Positions 54,617 through 64,000 of a stretch of DNA of 64,000 nucleotides are shown here, piece after piece; positions within the stretch are counted from its first letter, which is position 1, and the number at the start of each line of letters is the position of its first letter. The notes under the pieces were generated by a model. The model searched no databases and was not told the DNA's origin. It saw only the letters and a list, made by a program, of their open reading frames with translations. The position numbers were made by a program, and so were the translations under genes. Source of the DNA: an uncultured Pelagibacteraceae bacterium. GTDB lineage: Bacteria > Pseudomonadota > Alphaproteobacteria > Pelagibacterales > Pelagibacteraceae. The stretch lies in NCBI GenBank assembly GCA_902522115.1, contig CABYUV010000006.1:590-64589 (forward strand), given 5' to 3'.

Positions 54617-57190
54617 ATGGAGTTTAAAAAAATCCAATTAAACGGATTTAAATCTTTTGCTGAAAAAACCAACTTCTTAATTGAGGATGGTCTTACGGGT
54701 ATAGTCGGTCCTAACGGCTGTGGAAAATCAAACATTGTAGAGTCTTTAAGATGGGTAATGGGAGAGACCTCGGCAAAAAGTATGCGTGGATCTGGTATGG
54801 AGGATGTTATATTTTCAGGAACATCTAATAAAGCATCAAAAAATATTGCAGAAGTATGTATTGAAGTTGAAAACAAAGATAAAGAAGGCCCAATCCAATA
54901 CCGTGAGTTGGAACAAATACAAGTTAGAAGAAAAATAGAAAAAGATAAAGGATCTAAATTTTACATTAACGATAAAGAAGTAAGGGCAAGAGATGCGCAA
55001 ATGTTTTTTGCAGATCTTTCGACTGGTGCACACTCTCCATCTATGATTAGCCAAGGAAGAATAGGTGCATTAGTAACTGCGAAACCAACAGATAGAAGGG
55101 CTATTTTAGAAGAAGCTGCAGGAATATCTGGTTTACACGTTAGAAGACATGAGGCTGAATTAAGATTAGGTGCGGCTGAGAATAATTTAAAAAGAGCGGA
55201 TGAACTAAGAAGACAGCAAGAAAAACAACTAGCAAATCTTCAAAAACAAGCTGAAGAGGCAACAAAATATAAACTAATTTCAGATCAAATTAAAAAAATT
55301 GAAGCAGGTTTATATTATTTAAAATTATTAGAAATTGACAAAGAAATTAGAATAGAAAATGAAATTAATACTGAGGCAGAAGGAGAAGTGGAAGGATTTA
55401 ATAACAAAATATCTGAATTAGAAAATTCAATTAAAACTTTTACAGATAAAGTAAATCCATTGAGAGAGAAAAATATTGAAAATTTATCAAGGATACAAAG
55501 ACTTAATTTAGAACTTCAAAGTTTAGATGAGGAAAATACAAGAATTCAAGATGAGATAGAAAGCATTAAAAAATCAATTCAAACACTTGATGATGATATC
55601 ACTAGAGAAAAAGGGATTATTATAGACGCTAACTCAAATGAAAAAAGATTGAAAGAAGAAAAAACTGAATTAATTGAGACAGATTCGAAGTATTTTGAAA
55701 CAGAAAAACTATCTAATGAAGAGTTAGAAAGTGCAAAAAATAAACTTAAAGAAGAACAAAAAGCTGTTGATGAAGTTGTAAACAGTTTAGCAGAAGAAAC
55801 TATAAATATAAGTGTTGGTCCAATAAGAAATGTAAAAAACACTATATCAAGGGTAAAAGAATTAATAGATAGTAATGAAATAAATCAAGCAGTAACACTT
55901 CTAGATAGATGTAATATGGAGCTAGATAGTTTTTTAAATGATTTAAAAAATGAGAGATCTAGAAGTGAATTATTGGGAGTAAGTGAAAAATCAGAAAATA
56001 TAAAATTACTCCAAGAAAAATATGCCGATGCATATAGTAAAAATCAATCAATTAAAAATGAATCTATAAAAAGAAATGAAAGAATTAAAACCATTGAAAC
56101 GGAAATTGAAAGTTGGAAAAATTTATTAACTAACTCAGAAAAAATGGTGAATGAACTAACACAAAGAAAAGAAAAATTATCAAAACAATTAAGTGATTTA
56201 GAAAATCAACCTAGAGCACAGGCAGAAAGAAAAGGTCAAATTTCAGAAAATTTAAGAATTTCAGATAAAGAAAAAATTGATAATGAAGCGATTATAGATG
56301 AAACAGATCAAAAAATTGAAATGTTAAGAACACAATTAAATGAAATTCAAGAACAATCAATTCAAATCAGAGAAAGAAAAGCAAGCTCAGGAGCTACAAT
56401 TGAAGGCCTTCAAAAAAGAAAAAATGATCTCCTTGATAGAATTAGTTCTGAGTTAAATTTGAATGAAGATAATATTTTAGAAAATTCAAATTTAAACGGA
56501 GTAGAAGAGCTTCCAAATCCAGTTGATCAAGAAGATGCTTTAGATAAGAAAAAACAAGAAAGAGAAAAATTAGGATCTGTAAATTTAAAAGCAGATGAAG
56601 AAACAAGTAAATATGAAGAAGAGATAAAAAAAATGGAACAAGATCGTGCCGATCTTGTTACCGCTATCGTAAAACTTAAAGATAGTATTAATGAACTTAA
56701 TCAAAAAGGAAGAGAGAGATTGATTGAAGCTTTTGAAAAAGTTAATAGAAAATTTAATGAAGTTTATACAAAACTTTTCAATGGTGGAAATGCCAAATTA
56801 GAATTAGTGGACTCTGATGATCCACTTGAAGCAGGTTTAGAAATGTTAGTTAGTCCTCCTGGAAAAAGACTTCAATCTATAACTTTGTTATCTGGAGGTG
56901 AACAAGCATTGACTGCACTCTCTTTAATCTTTGCAGTATTTTTAACTAACCCTTCTCCTATATGTGTATTAGATGAGGTTGATGCACCACTTGACGATGC
57001 TAACGTAACAAGATTTTGTAGTTTACTTGAGGAACTAATTAAAATAACCAACACCAAATTCATAATTGTAACTCATCATGCTTTAACCATGTCAAAAATG
57101 AACAGACTATATGGGGTAACTATGCCTCAAAAAGGAATTAGTCAGCTTGTGGCTGTTGATTTACAAAAAGCAGAGAGTATGGTTGCTTAA
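54617..57190 (+). CDS. smc: SMC chromosome segregation protein (short form)
   Basis: GFKSF, GPNGCGKSN, LSGGEQ, LDEVDAPLD; coiled-coil middle. Confidence 0.93.
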   Translation: MEFKKIQLNGFKSFAEKTNFLIEDGLTGIVGPNGCGKSNIVESLRWVMGETSAKSMRGSGMEDVIFSGTSNKASKNIAEVCIEVENKDKEGPIQYRELEQIQVRRKIEKDKGSKFYINDKEVRARDAQMFFADLSTGAHSPSMISQGRIGALVTAKPTDRRAILEEAAGISGLHVRRHEAELRLGAAENNLKRADELRRQQEKQLANLQKQAEEATKYKLISDQIKKIEAGLYYLKLLEIDKEIRIENEINTEAEGEVEGFNNKISELENSIKTFTDKVNPLREKNIENLSRIQRLNLELQSLDEENTRIQDEIESIKKSIQTLDDDITREKGIIIDANSNEKRLKEEKTELIETDSKYFETEKLSNEELESAKNKLKEEQKAVDEVVNSLAEETINISVGPIRNVKNTISRVKELIDSNEINQAVTLLDRCNMELDSFLNDLKNERSRSELLGVSEKSENIKLLQEKYADAYSKNQSIKNESIKRNERIKTIETEIESWKNLLTNSEKMVNELTQRKEKLSKQLSDLENQPRAQAERKGQISENLRISDKEKIDNEAIIDETDQKIEMLRTQLNEIQEQSIQIRERKASSGATIEGLQKRKNDLLDRISSELNLNEDNILENSNLNGVEELPNPVDQEDALDKKKQEREKLGSVNLKADEETSKYEEEIKKMEQDRADLVTAIVKLKDSINELNQKGRERLIEAFEKVNRKFNEVYTKLFNGGNAKLELVDSDDPLEAGLEMLVSPPGKRLQSITLLSGGEQALTALSLIFAVFLTNPSPICVLDEVDAPLDDANVTRFCSLLEELIKITNTKFIIVTHHALTMSKMNRLYGVTMPQKGISQLVAVDLQKAESMVA

Positions 57191-57199
57191 ACTATATAA

Positions 57200-57475
57200 A
57201 TGCCAAAAGACCCTTTCAAAACTCGCTTAGAGATTGCAAAAAGCAAGATTTCAAAGAAAAATCTCTACAATAAGAAGAATGACCCCTCGCCTATAGGAAC
57301 TGCATTCAAATTGAGCACAGAACTTGTTTCTGCAGTAGCTGTGGGGACAATTATTGGGTTTATTTTTGACAAGACCTTTGGTACTAAACCCTGGTTTATA
57401 TTAATATTTTTTTTTGTTGGTGTAGTTGCTGGAATAACCAATGTGATTAGATCCGCAAAAAAAATGCAAAAATAA
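57200..57475 (+). CDS. AtpZ/AtpI-family protein
   Basis: ELVS...VG..IG...D...GTKPW; first gene of the F0 operon. Confidence 0.88.
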   Translation: MPKDPFKTRLEIAKSKISKKNLYNKKNDPSPIGTAFKLSTELVSAVAVGTIIGFIFDKTFGTKPWFILIFFFVGVVAGITNVIRSAKKMQK

Positions 57476-57484
57476 ATAAGTATT

Positions 57485-58219
57485 ATGGCAGCAAATCCTA
57501 TGTCCCAATTCGACGTTTATAGAATTGGACCTGAAATTAAAGTTGGAGCATTCGATATATCATTTACGAACGCAAGTTTATTTATGATTTTAAGTACTGT
57601 ATCTATTTTGTTAATCTTTAATTTAGGATCAAAAAAAAATTCAATACTACCAAACAAAATTCAATTATTAGCAGAACTTAGCTATACCTTTGTATCCAAA
57701 ATGATTAGCGATACAGCTGGATCAAAAGCTAAACCATACTTTGCATTTATATTTTCTCTATTCATGTTTGTTCTATTTTGTAACATGTTTGGAATGATAC
57801 CTTATACTTTCACTGTTACCAGTCATATCATTGTAACATTTGTGCTCGCAGCATTTATATTTATTGGAGTGACTGTAATTGGGTTTATTAAACATGGATT
57901 TGGGTATTTAAAATTATTCGTTCCAAGTGGAGTACCTGCAGTATTACTCCCTTTAATTGTTGTTATAGAAATTATTTCTTATTTAAGTAGACCTATAAGT
58001 TTGTCAGTTAGATTATTTGCCAATATGATGGCTGGTCATACAATGATGAAAGTTTTCGGAGGCTTCGTAATTAGCCTTGGGATTGTTGGTGGGTGGCTTC
58101 CACTAAGTTTTTCGGTTGCGTTAACTGGTTTGGAGATCTTAGTTGCTTTTCTTCAAGCTTATGTTTTTGCAATCTTAACCTGCATCTATTTAAATGATGC
58201 ATTAAATTTACACCATTAA
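57485..58219 (+). CDS. atpB: ATP synthase F0 subunit a
   Basis: SLSVRLFANM.AGH, LQAYVF. Confidence 0.97.
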   Translation: MAANPMSQFDVYRIGPEIKVGAFDISFTNASLFMILSTVSILLIFNLGSKKNSILPNKIQLLAELSYTFVSKMISDTAGSKAKPYFAFIFSLFMFVLFCNMFGMIPYTFTVTSHIIVTFVLAAFIFIGVTVIGFIKHGFGYLKLFVPSGVPAVLLPLIVVIEIISYLSRPISLSVRLFANMMAGHTMMKVFGGFVISLGIVGGWLPLSFSVALTGLEILVAFLQAYVFAILTCIYLNDALNLHH

Positions 58220-58236
58220 TAACAGAGGAGGATATA

Positions 58237-58464
58237 ATGGAATTAGAAGCAGCAAAAATGATCGGAGCAGGTTTGGCAGCAATTGCTTTAGCTGGAGCCG
58301 GTGTTGGTATTGGAATAATTTTTGGAAATTATTTGTCTGGTGCAATGAGAAATCCATCTGCAGCACAAAAACAATTTCCTAACTTGCTTTTAGGTTTTGC
58401 ACTTGCAGAAGCTACAGGATTATTCGGATTGGTAGTTGCCTTAATCATTCTTTTTGCGTTTTAA
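58237..58464 (+). CDS. atpE: ATP synthase F0 subunit c
   Basis: GAGVGIG, RNP, FALAEA; strong AGGAGG SD. Confidence 0.97.
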   Translation: MELEAAKMIGAGLAAIALAGAGVGIGIIFGNYLSGAMRNPSAAQKQFPNLLLGFALAEATGLFGLVVALIILFAF

Positions 58465-58468
58465 ATTA

Positions 58469-59059
58469 ATGGTTAAAAAAATATATTTTCATTCAATATT
58501 TTTTAGCTTTTTAATTATTAAAGAAGCTTTTGCGGCTGAAAGTGGAGGTATGCCTCAATTAAATCCAGAGTTTTGGGTTTCTCAAATTTTTTGGTTAATA
58601 CTTACTTTTGGAATTATGTATTTGGTTTTATCTAAACTAATACTACCAAAAATTAGTAACAACTTAGAATCGAGAAAATCTCAAATATTAGAAAATATTG
58701 AGGCTGCTGAGAAACAAAGAGAAGATAGTGATGCAAAACTAAAAGAATATGATGAAATTATATCTAAAAGCAAACTTGAGGCTAATAGTATTTTCAATCA
58801 AGCAAGAGAAAAAGCGCTAAAAGACATTGGTGCAAAAAGAGAAGTGCTTGATAAACAAATTGATAATGAAATTGCTGAGGCTGAAAAAGAAATAGATGTA
58901 TTAAGAAAAAATGCACCAGATAAAATAAATAAAATTGCTATTGAGACTTCATCTGAGTTATTGCAAAAACTAATTGGAGCTGAAGTAAATAATAGTAGTA
59001 TATCTGCAATTGTTGACGATCTATCTAAAAGAAACGGAGATAAATACTATGGCAATTGA
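58469..59059 (+). CDS. ATP synthase F0 subunit b'
   Basis: GMPQL...SQIFWL followed by coiled coil. Confidence 0.9.
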   Translation: MVKKIYFHSIFFSFLIIKEAFAAESGGMPQLNPEFWVSQIFWLILTFGIMYLVLSKLILPKISNNLESRKSQILENIEAAEKQREDSDAKLKEYDEIISKSKLEANSIFNQAREKALKDIGAKREVLDKQIDNEIAEAEKEIDVLRKNAPDKINKIAIETSSELLQKLIGAEVNNSSISAIVDDLSKRNGDKYYGN

Positions 59060-59546
59060 TGCAACATTTTGGGTGGCTATATCATTTATTATTTTTTTTG
59101 GAGTATTAATATATTTTAAAATCCCTCAAAAAGTTTTGGAAATGCTGGATAGAATGATATCTGACATTAAGAATGAAATAGATGAGAGCGAAAAATTAAG
59201 GACTGAGGCAAAAACATTATTAGATAACTCCCAAAAAAAACTAGATACAGCTCAATCGGTAAGTAATGAAATTTTAGAAAATGCCAAAAAAGATGCTGAT
59301 AAATTAATTATTGAGATGAACGAAAAATTTCATAAATCCTCCGAAATTAAAAAAAATTTGACTGAAAATAAAATTAGTCAAATAAAAGAAGCTGCTATAA
59401 AAGAAATTAAAGATGCGTCAATAAAGATTGCGGTGGACTCAGTTAAAAAAATAATAACTACATCAGTAGATAAGTCAAAATTAGACGCAGTGTTTCAAAA
59501 AAATTTAGACGAAACTAAAGAAGAGTTAAAGAAAATTAACTCATAA
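59049..59546 (+). CDS. atpF: ATP synthase F0 subunit b
   Basis: DATFWVAISF TM followed by coiled coil. Confidence 0.9.
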   Translation: MAIDATFWVAISFIIFFGVLIYFKIPQKVLEMLDRMISDIKNEIDESEKLRTEAKTLLDNSQKKLDTAQSVSNEILENAKKDADKLIIEMNEKFHKSSEIKKNLTENKISQIKEAAIKEIKDASIKIAVDSVKKIITTSVDKSKLDAVFQKNLDETKEELKKINS

Positions 59547-59585
59547 TACACTTACAATTTTACAAAAAAGCTATAAATTATTAAA

Positions 59586-61046
59586 ATGAACTCTATAGTC
59601 ATTGGATCAGGATTTGGTGGGATCGCAGCAGCACTAAGACTTAAGGCAAAAGGACATAAAGTAAAATTAATAGAAAAACACCCAGACCTAGGTGGCAGAG
59701 CTAGAGTTTTTAAAAGAAATGGATTTATATATGATGCTGGACCAACGGTAATTACTGCACCCTACTTAATTAATGAATTATTTGAGTTATTCAATAAAGA
59801 TCCCAAAAATTATATAGAATTAACCCCACTTAAAATTTGGTATCAATTTATATTCGAAGATAAAACCAAGTTTAACTACTCTGGTGATGAAAGAGAAATG
59901 AAAAACCAAATTGAGAAGCTTAGCAAAGAAGATGTAAATGGATATGAAAAATTAGTTAATTTTACAAAAAAGATATTTGACAAAGGTTTTTTAGAACTTG
60001 CAGATGTGCCATTTGATAAACCTTATGTAATGATGCAACAATTACCCGCTCTATTAAAACTAAAAAGTTATAAATCAGTTTATTCACTTGTTTCATCTTA
60101 CATAAAAAATGAAAAATTAAGAAGAATGCTTAGCATGCATCCTTTGCTAGTTGGGGGAAATCCTTTTACTACCACTTCTATTTATGGATTAATTCTTTAT
60201 TTAGAAAAAAAATGGGGAATACATTATTCAGTTGGAGGAACTGGAAATATAATTAAAGGTTTTGAAAAGTTAATGAACGAAATTGGTATCGAAATATTAA
60301 AAAACAGTGAAGTAACGGAAATTACAACAAAAAATAATAAAATAAGTGGTGTGAAATTAAATAATAAAAATGAAATTGCTGCAGATAATGTTGTTTGTAA
60401 TGCAGATCCGCCTACATTTTATGAGAAAATGTTGAGCAAAAACAACAAGAATTCCATGTTGTTTAATTGGAAAAAAAATCGAATGGAATATTCTATGGGT
60501 TTATTTGTTTACTATTTTGGAACAAAAAAAATTTATGAGAATGTTGAACATCATACAATAAAGTTTGGAAACAAGTATAAAGAACATCTGGATGATATAT
60601 TTGACAAGAAAAAATTAAATAATGATATTAGCTATTACCTTCACAGACCTACTGCAACTGATAAAACTATGGCCCCGGAAGGAAATGATTGTTTTTATGT
60701 GTTAGTGCCTGTTCCTAATAATCAGTCAAAAATAAATTGGGAAACTGAAGGTGAAAAAATGAAAGATCTTGTAATTGAAAAAATGGAAAAAGACTTAATG
60801 CCGGATCTTAAGAATAATATAGTTGAGGATTTTTATCTAACACCTGATTACTTTGAAAAAGAATTAAATACAAAATTTGGATCAGGGTTTTCAATTCAAC
60901 CTAAATTTACACAATCCGCATATTTTAGATTTCATAATAAATCAGAAATATATGATGGTTTATACTTTGTTGGTGCAGGCACACATCCTGGGGCCGGTGT
61001 TCCAGGTGTTCTCTCTTCAGCGAAGGTTTTAGATAAATTATTTTAA
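59586..61046 (+). CDS. crtI: Phytoene desaturase
   Basis: GSGFGG, DAGPTVIT, LVPVP, VGAGTHPGAGVPGV. Confidence 0.95.
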   Translation: MNSIVIGSGFGGIAAALRLKAKGHKVKLIEKHPDLGGRARVFKRNGFIYDAGPTVITAPYLINELFELFNKDPKNYIELTPLKIWYQFIFEDKTKFNYSGDEREMKNQIEKLSKEDVNGYEKLVNFTKKIFDKGFLELADVPFDKPYVMMQQLPALLKLKSYKSVYSLVSSYIKNEKLRRMLSMHPLLVGGNPFTTTSIYGLILYLEKKWGIHYSVGGTGNIIKGFEKLMNEIGIEILKNSEVTEITTKNNKISGVKLNNKNEIAADNVVCNADPPTFYEKMLSKNNKNSMLFNWKKNRMEYSMGLFVYYFGTKKIYENVEHHTIKFGNKYKEHLDDIFDKKKLNNDISYYLHRPTATDKTMAPEGNDCFYVLVPVPNNQSKINWETEGEKMKDLVIEKMEKDLMPDLKNNIVEDFYLTPDYFEKELNTKFGSGFSIQPKFTQSAYFRFHNKSEIYDGLYFVGAGTHPGAGVPGVLSSAKVLDKLF

Positions 61047-61897
61047 TGTTAACAAAGAATTATTTAGCTATTTACGCAAAATCTTTTAATTGGGCAGGTT
61101 TTTTTTTACCAAAAAAAACCTATGAAAAATGCTCTGCGCTTTATGATTTTTGTAGAGAAGCAGATAATATTGCTGACGATGCAAACAAAATTGAAATTAA
61201 AAAAGATAATTTTATTAAATTTAGAAATAATTTTGTTAATAAAAATTATGATGATCCAGTTATTAAAAACATGTGGGATCTTATTAATGAATTTAGTATT
61301 TCAACTAAAATTGTAGACGATTTATTTGAGGGTATTAATTCTGATATAAAAGAAAATGTTAAACTTAATTCAAAAAAAGAATTACTAATTTATTCCTATA
61401 GGGTGGCTGGAACAGTTGGATTGATGATGGCTAAAATATTGAATGTTCACAAAGAACAATCTCTAAAATCAGCTATTGATCTTGGGATTGCTATGCAATT
61501 AACAAATATTTCTAGAGATGTTATAGAAGATAAAAAAAGTAATAGATTTTATATCAATGAAAGTTTTGAGGACATAAAGACTACAATCAAGCTTTCAGAA
61601 AAGTTTTATGAAAACTCATTTTACTCAATAAAAGAGATACCATTAAGTTTCAGATTTTCTATTTTAGTTGCAAGAAGGGTTTATAGAAAAATAGGATATA
61701 AAATTTTAAAAAAACAAAACATAGAAAATTATAAAAAGTCAGGAAAAATTTATGTTTCAAATATTGAAAAAATTGTTGAAACTTTTTTATCTATTTTTGA
61801 CTTAATTAAATTATCACTTATAAATAAAAACGATGATAATATTAATCATGATCATAATTTAATTAATGAAGAAATAAATTTAAATGAAAGAATTTGA
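61046..61897 (+). CDS. crtB: Phytoene synthase
   Basis: KSF, FCREADNIAD, YRVAGTVG, AMQLTNISRDV.ED. Confidence 0.93.
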   Translation: MLTKNYLAIYAKSFNWAGFFLPKKTYEKCSALYDFCREADNIADDANKIEIKKDNFIKFRNNFVNKNYDDPVIKNMWDLINEFSISTKIVDDLFEGINSDIKENVKLNSKKELLIYSYRVAGTVGLMMAKILNVHKEQSLKSAIDLGIAMQLTNISRDVIEDKKSNRFYINESFEDIKTTIKLSEKFYENSFYSIKEIPLSFRFSILVARRVYRKIGYKILKKQNIENYKKSGKIYVSNIEKIVETFLSIFDLIKLSLINKNDDNINHDHNLINEEINLNERI

Positions 61898-62948
61898 TTA
61901 CATAATTATAGGTGGAGGTTGCGCAGGTCTTTCATTAGCATATGAGCTAGAAGTTTATGATAAATTAAAAGATAAAACTTTAGCAATTATTGAGCCAAGA
62001 GAAGATTATAAAAGAGATAAAACTTGGTCATTTTGGAAAGTTTTTTCACATAATTTCGATGACTGTGTCAAAAAGAGTTGGAATTATTTTACAATAAATA
62101 CACCCAATAATACAAAATATGTAGATTGCGAACCTACACCATATCAAACGATAGATAGTGGTATGTTCTACGAAAAAATACTTTCAAAACTTAAATTAAA
62201 TACAAATATTCAGTTTTTTAAAAATATTGATCAAATAGATAAATCAAATTCAATTGTATTTAATAGTGTACCTAGTTTTGAGAATAAACAGAGTGAGTTA
62301 TGGCAACACTTTTGTGGGGTTGAAATAGAAACAGATAAAGACTTTTTTGATGAAGAAATATTCAATTTGATGGACTTTGCTTGTGATCAAAGAAATAAAG
62401 TTCATTTTTTTTATACGCTACCATTTACAAAAAGAAATGCCTTAGTTGAAACTACTTGGATATCTGAACTAAATAATGAAAAATTAAAAGATTATGATGA
62501 ACAAATAGATAATTATTTAAGTAAACACCTAAATATTAGAAACTGTAAAATTAATTTCAAAGAAACTGGAGCAATCCCACTTTTTAGACAAAAAAATTTA
62601 AATAAATTAAATGAAATTTATATAGGCTCAGCAGGAGGAATGACTAGATTAAGTACGGGCTATACTTTCCTAAATATTCAAGAACAAAGCAGATATATAA
62701 GAGAAAACATAGAAAATATAAAAAATGTTAATCTATTTAAAATAAATTCAAAATATGATTTTTTAGATAAAATCTTATTGAGGGTTCTTAAAAACAATTC
62801 CAATGAAATGGGAAATATATTTTTCAAAGTTTTTAATTCTAAACCTAAAACAGCTATCAATTTTTTATCAAATAAGAGCAGTTTTTTTGAAGATTTAGAA
62901 GTAATTCTAAGAATGCCAAAGTGGAAATTTTTAAAAGAATTAATTTAA
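61884..62948 (+). CDS. crtY: Lycopene cyclase
   Basis: GGGCAGLSLA, DKTWSFW, LMDF, YTLP, STGY. Confidence 0.88.
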   Translation: MKEFDYIIIGGGCAGLSLAYELEVYDKLKDKTLAIIEPREDYKRDKTWSFWKVFSHNFDDCVKKSWNYFTINTPNNTKYVDCEPTPYQTIDSGMFYEKILSKLKLNTNIQFFKNIDQIDKSNSIVFNSVPSFENKQSELWQHFCGVEIETDKDFFDEEIFNLMDFACDQRNKVHFFYTLPFTKRNALVETTWISELNNEKLKDYDEQIDNYLSKHLNIRNCKINFKETGAIPLFRQKNLNKLNEIYIGSAGGMTRLSTGYTFLNIQEQSRYIRENIENIKNVNLFKINSKYDFLDKILLRVLKNNSNEMGNIFFKVFNSKPKTAINFLSNKSSFFEDLEVILRMPKWKFLKELI

Positions 62949-62949
62949 G

Positions 62950-63885
62950 ATGATAAATAAAATAAAAAAAATAAATCTAAATCATTCATTTATTTTTTTC
63001 TTTGTTGTAAACCTTTTTTGTATTTTGCTATTTAAGTTTAATAATTTAAATATTTCATCAATTTTGTGTTTACTTTTAATTTTAATTATAGGTGTTTCCC
63101 ATGGCTCTTTAGATCATATAAAAGGAAAAAAACTGCTAAGATTATTTAATATAAAATCAACTTATATATTCTATATCACATATCTTTTAATTGCAGCAAT
63201 AGTAATACTAACTTGGATAATATTGCCATCAATAACTTTAATTGTTTTTTTAATGATCGCTTCCTATCACTTTGGAAAAGAGGATACACAATTTTTGATT
63301 AATGATAGATCTTATTTCACTCAAATACTTTATTTTTTTAAAGGATTTTTAATTATACTTGCTCCTTTATATTTTCATTTTCAGGAAACAATAGCAATTT
63401 TTAAATTATTATTAATTGATGATGAGGCATTTTATTCAAGTTTAAATTTTATTGAGAAAAATAATGTAATTCTAATAGGAATATTCTGTAGCACCCTGTC
63501 TAGTATTTTTCTTTTCCTAAAGAATTTTGAAATCAAAAAATTTGTAGTTTTTTTAGATTATTTTTCTATTTTAATTTTAAATTACTATTTATCTCCACTA
63601 ATAGCTTTTACAGTTTATTTCTGTTTTTTACACTCGATCAGACATTCAATTTCACTAGCTATTGATCTTGATCCAAATAGTTTAGTTAATGGATTTAGAT
63701 TGTTTGTTAAAAAAGCTTTACCATTAACAATTTTGACAGCTATTTTTACTTTTATTGCTCTATATCTGCTAGAAAATTCATACAATTTAGATAGTGCAAT
63801 TTTAAAAATAATATTTATAGGTTTGGCGTCTTTAACCTTTCCACATATATTGCTGGAATATTTTCTAGAAAAAAATGAAAAATAA
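62950..63885 (+). CDS. blh: Brp/Blh beta-carotene 15,15'-dioxygenase
   Basis: G.SHGSLD, YHFG, YFC.LHS.RH, LTFPH; multi-TM. Confidence 0.93.
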   Translation: MINKIKKINLNHSFIFFFVVNLFCILLFKFNNLNISSILCLLLILIIGVSHGSLDHIKGKKLLRLFNIKSTYIFYITYLLIAAIVILTWIILPSITLIVFLMIASYHFGKEDTQFLINDRSYFTQILYFFKGFLIILAPLYFHFQETIAIFKLLLIDDEAFYSSLNFIEKNNVILIGIFCSTLSSIFLFLKNFEIKKFVVFLDYFSILILNYYLSPLIAFTVYFCFLHSIRHSISLAIDLDPNSLVNGFRLFVKKALPLTILTAIFTFIALYLLENSYNLDSAILKIIFIGLASLTFPHILLEYFLEKNEK

Positions 63886-64000
63886 AGAATTAAAAATATT
63901 ATTATCTGCGCCCCGTGGATTTTGTGCTGGGGTAGAAAGAGCAATTGAAATAGTTGAAAAATCTATACAAAAATTTGGAGCTCCAGTTTATGTGCGTCAT
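63875..64000 (+). CDS. ispH: 4-hydroxy-3-methylbut-2-enyl diphosphate reductase, 5' part (cut by window edge)
   Basis: Read by hand: [42 protein letters not shown]. Confidence 0.93.
   Translation, partial: MKNKELKILLSAPRGFCAGVERAIEIVEKSIQKFGAPVYVRH

Overview
Very AT-rich, tightly packed alphaproteobacterial chromosome segment. Gene content and packing fit a SAR11/Pelagibacterales genome (inferred). Positions ~8670-64000 are mostly core genes: rpoD-dnaG, carAB, trxB, uvrB/C, ilvE, lgt, prs, rplY, pth, ychF, petABC, hemF, greA, cca, ispE, rnhB, ccrM, mutY, smc, F0 ATP synthase, crtIBY-blh and the start of ispH. This part also has tRNA-Val(GAC), tRNA-Gln(TTG) and a divergent circularly permuted ATP-grasp/Anbu pair. 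Positions 1-~8576 are the right part of an integrated element. It ends at an orphan 5' half of a tRNA(CAT) broken at the anticodon loop, with integrase arm-type-like repeats nearby. The element carries a PLD-SNF2 helicase plus N6-adenine methyltransferase defence pair. It also carries a leftward phage-like operon (RHH protein, Cas4-like nuclease, two unknowns) behind a ~300-nt structured leader. In that leader, a stem-loop's loop is complementary to the start of an unannotated 23-aa leader peptide, which reads through an RBS-occluding hairpin. This candidate RNA switch is the most interesting signal in the window.
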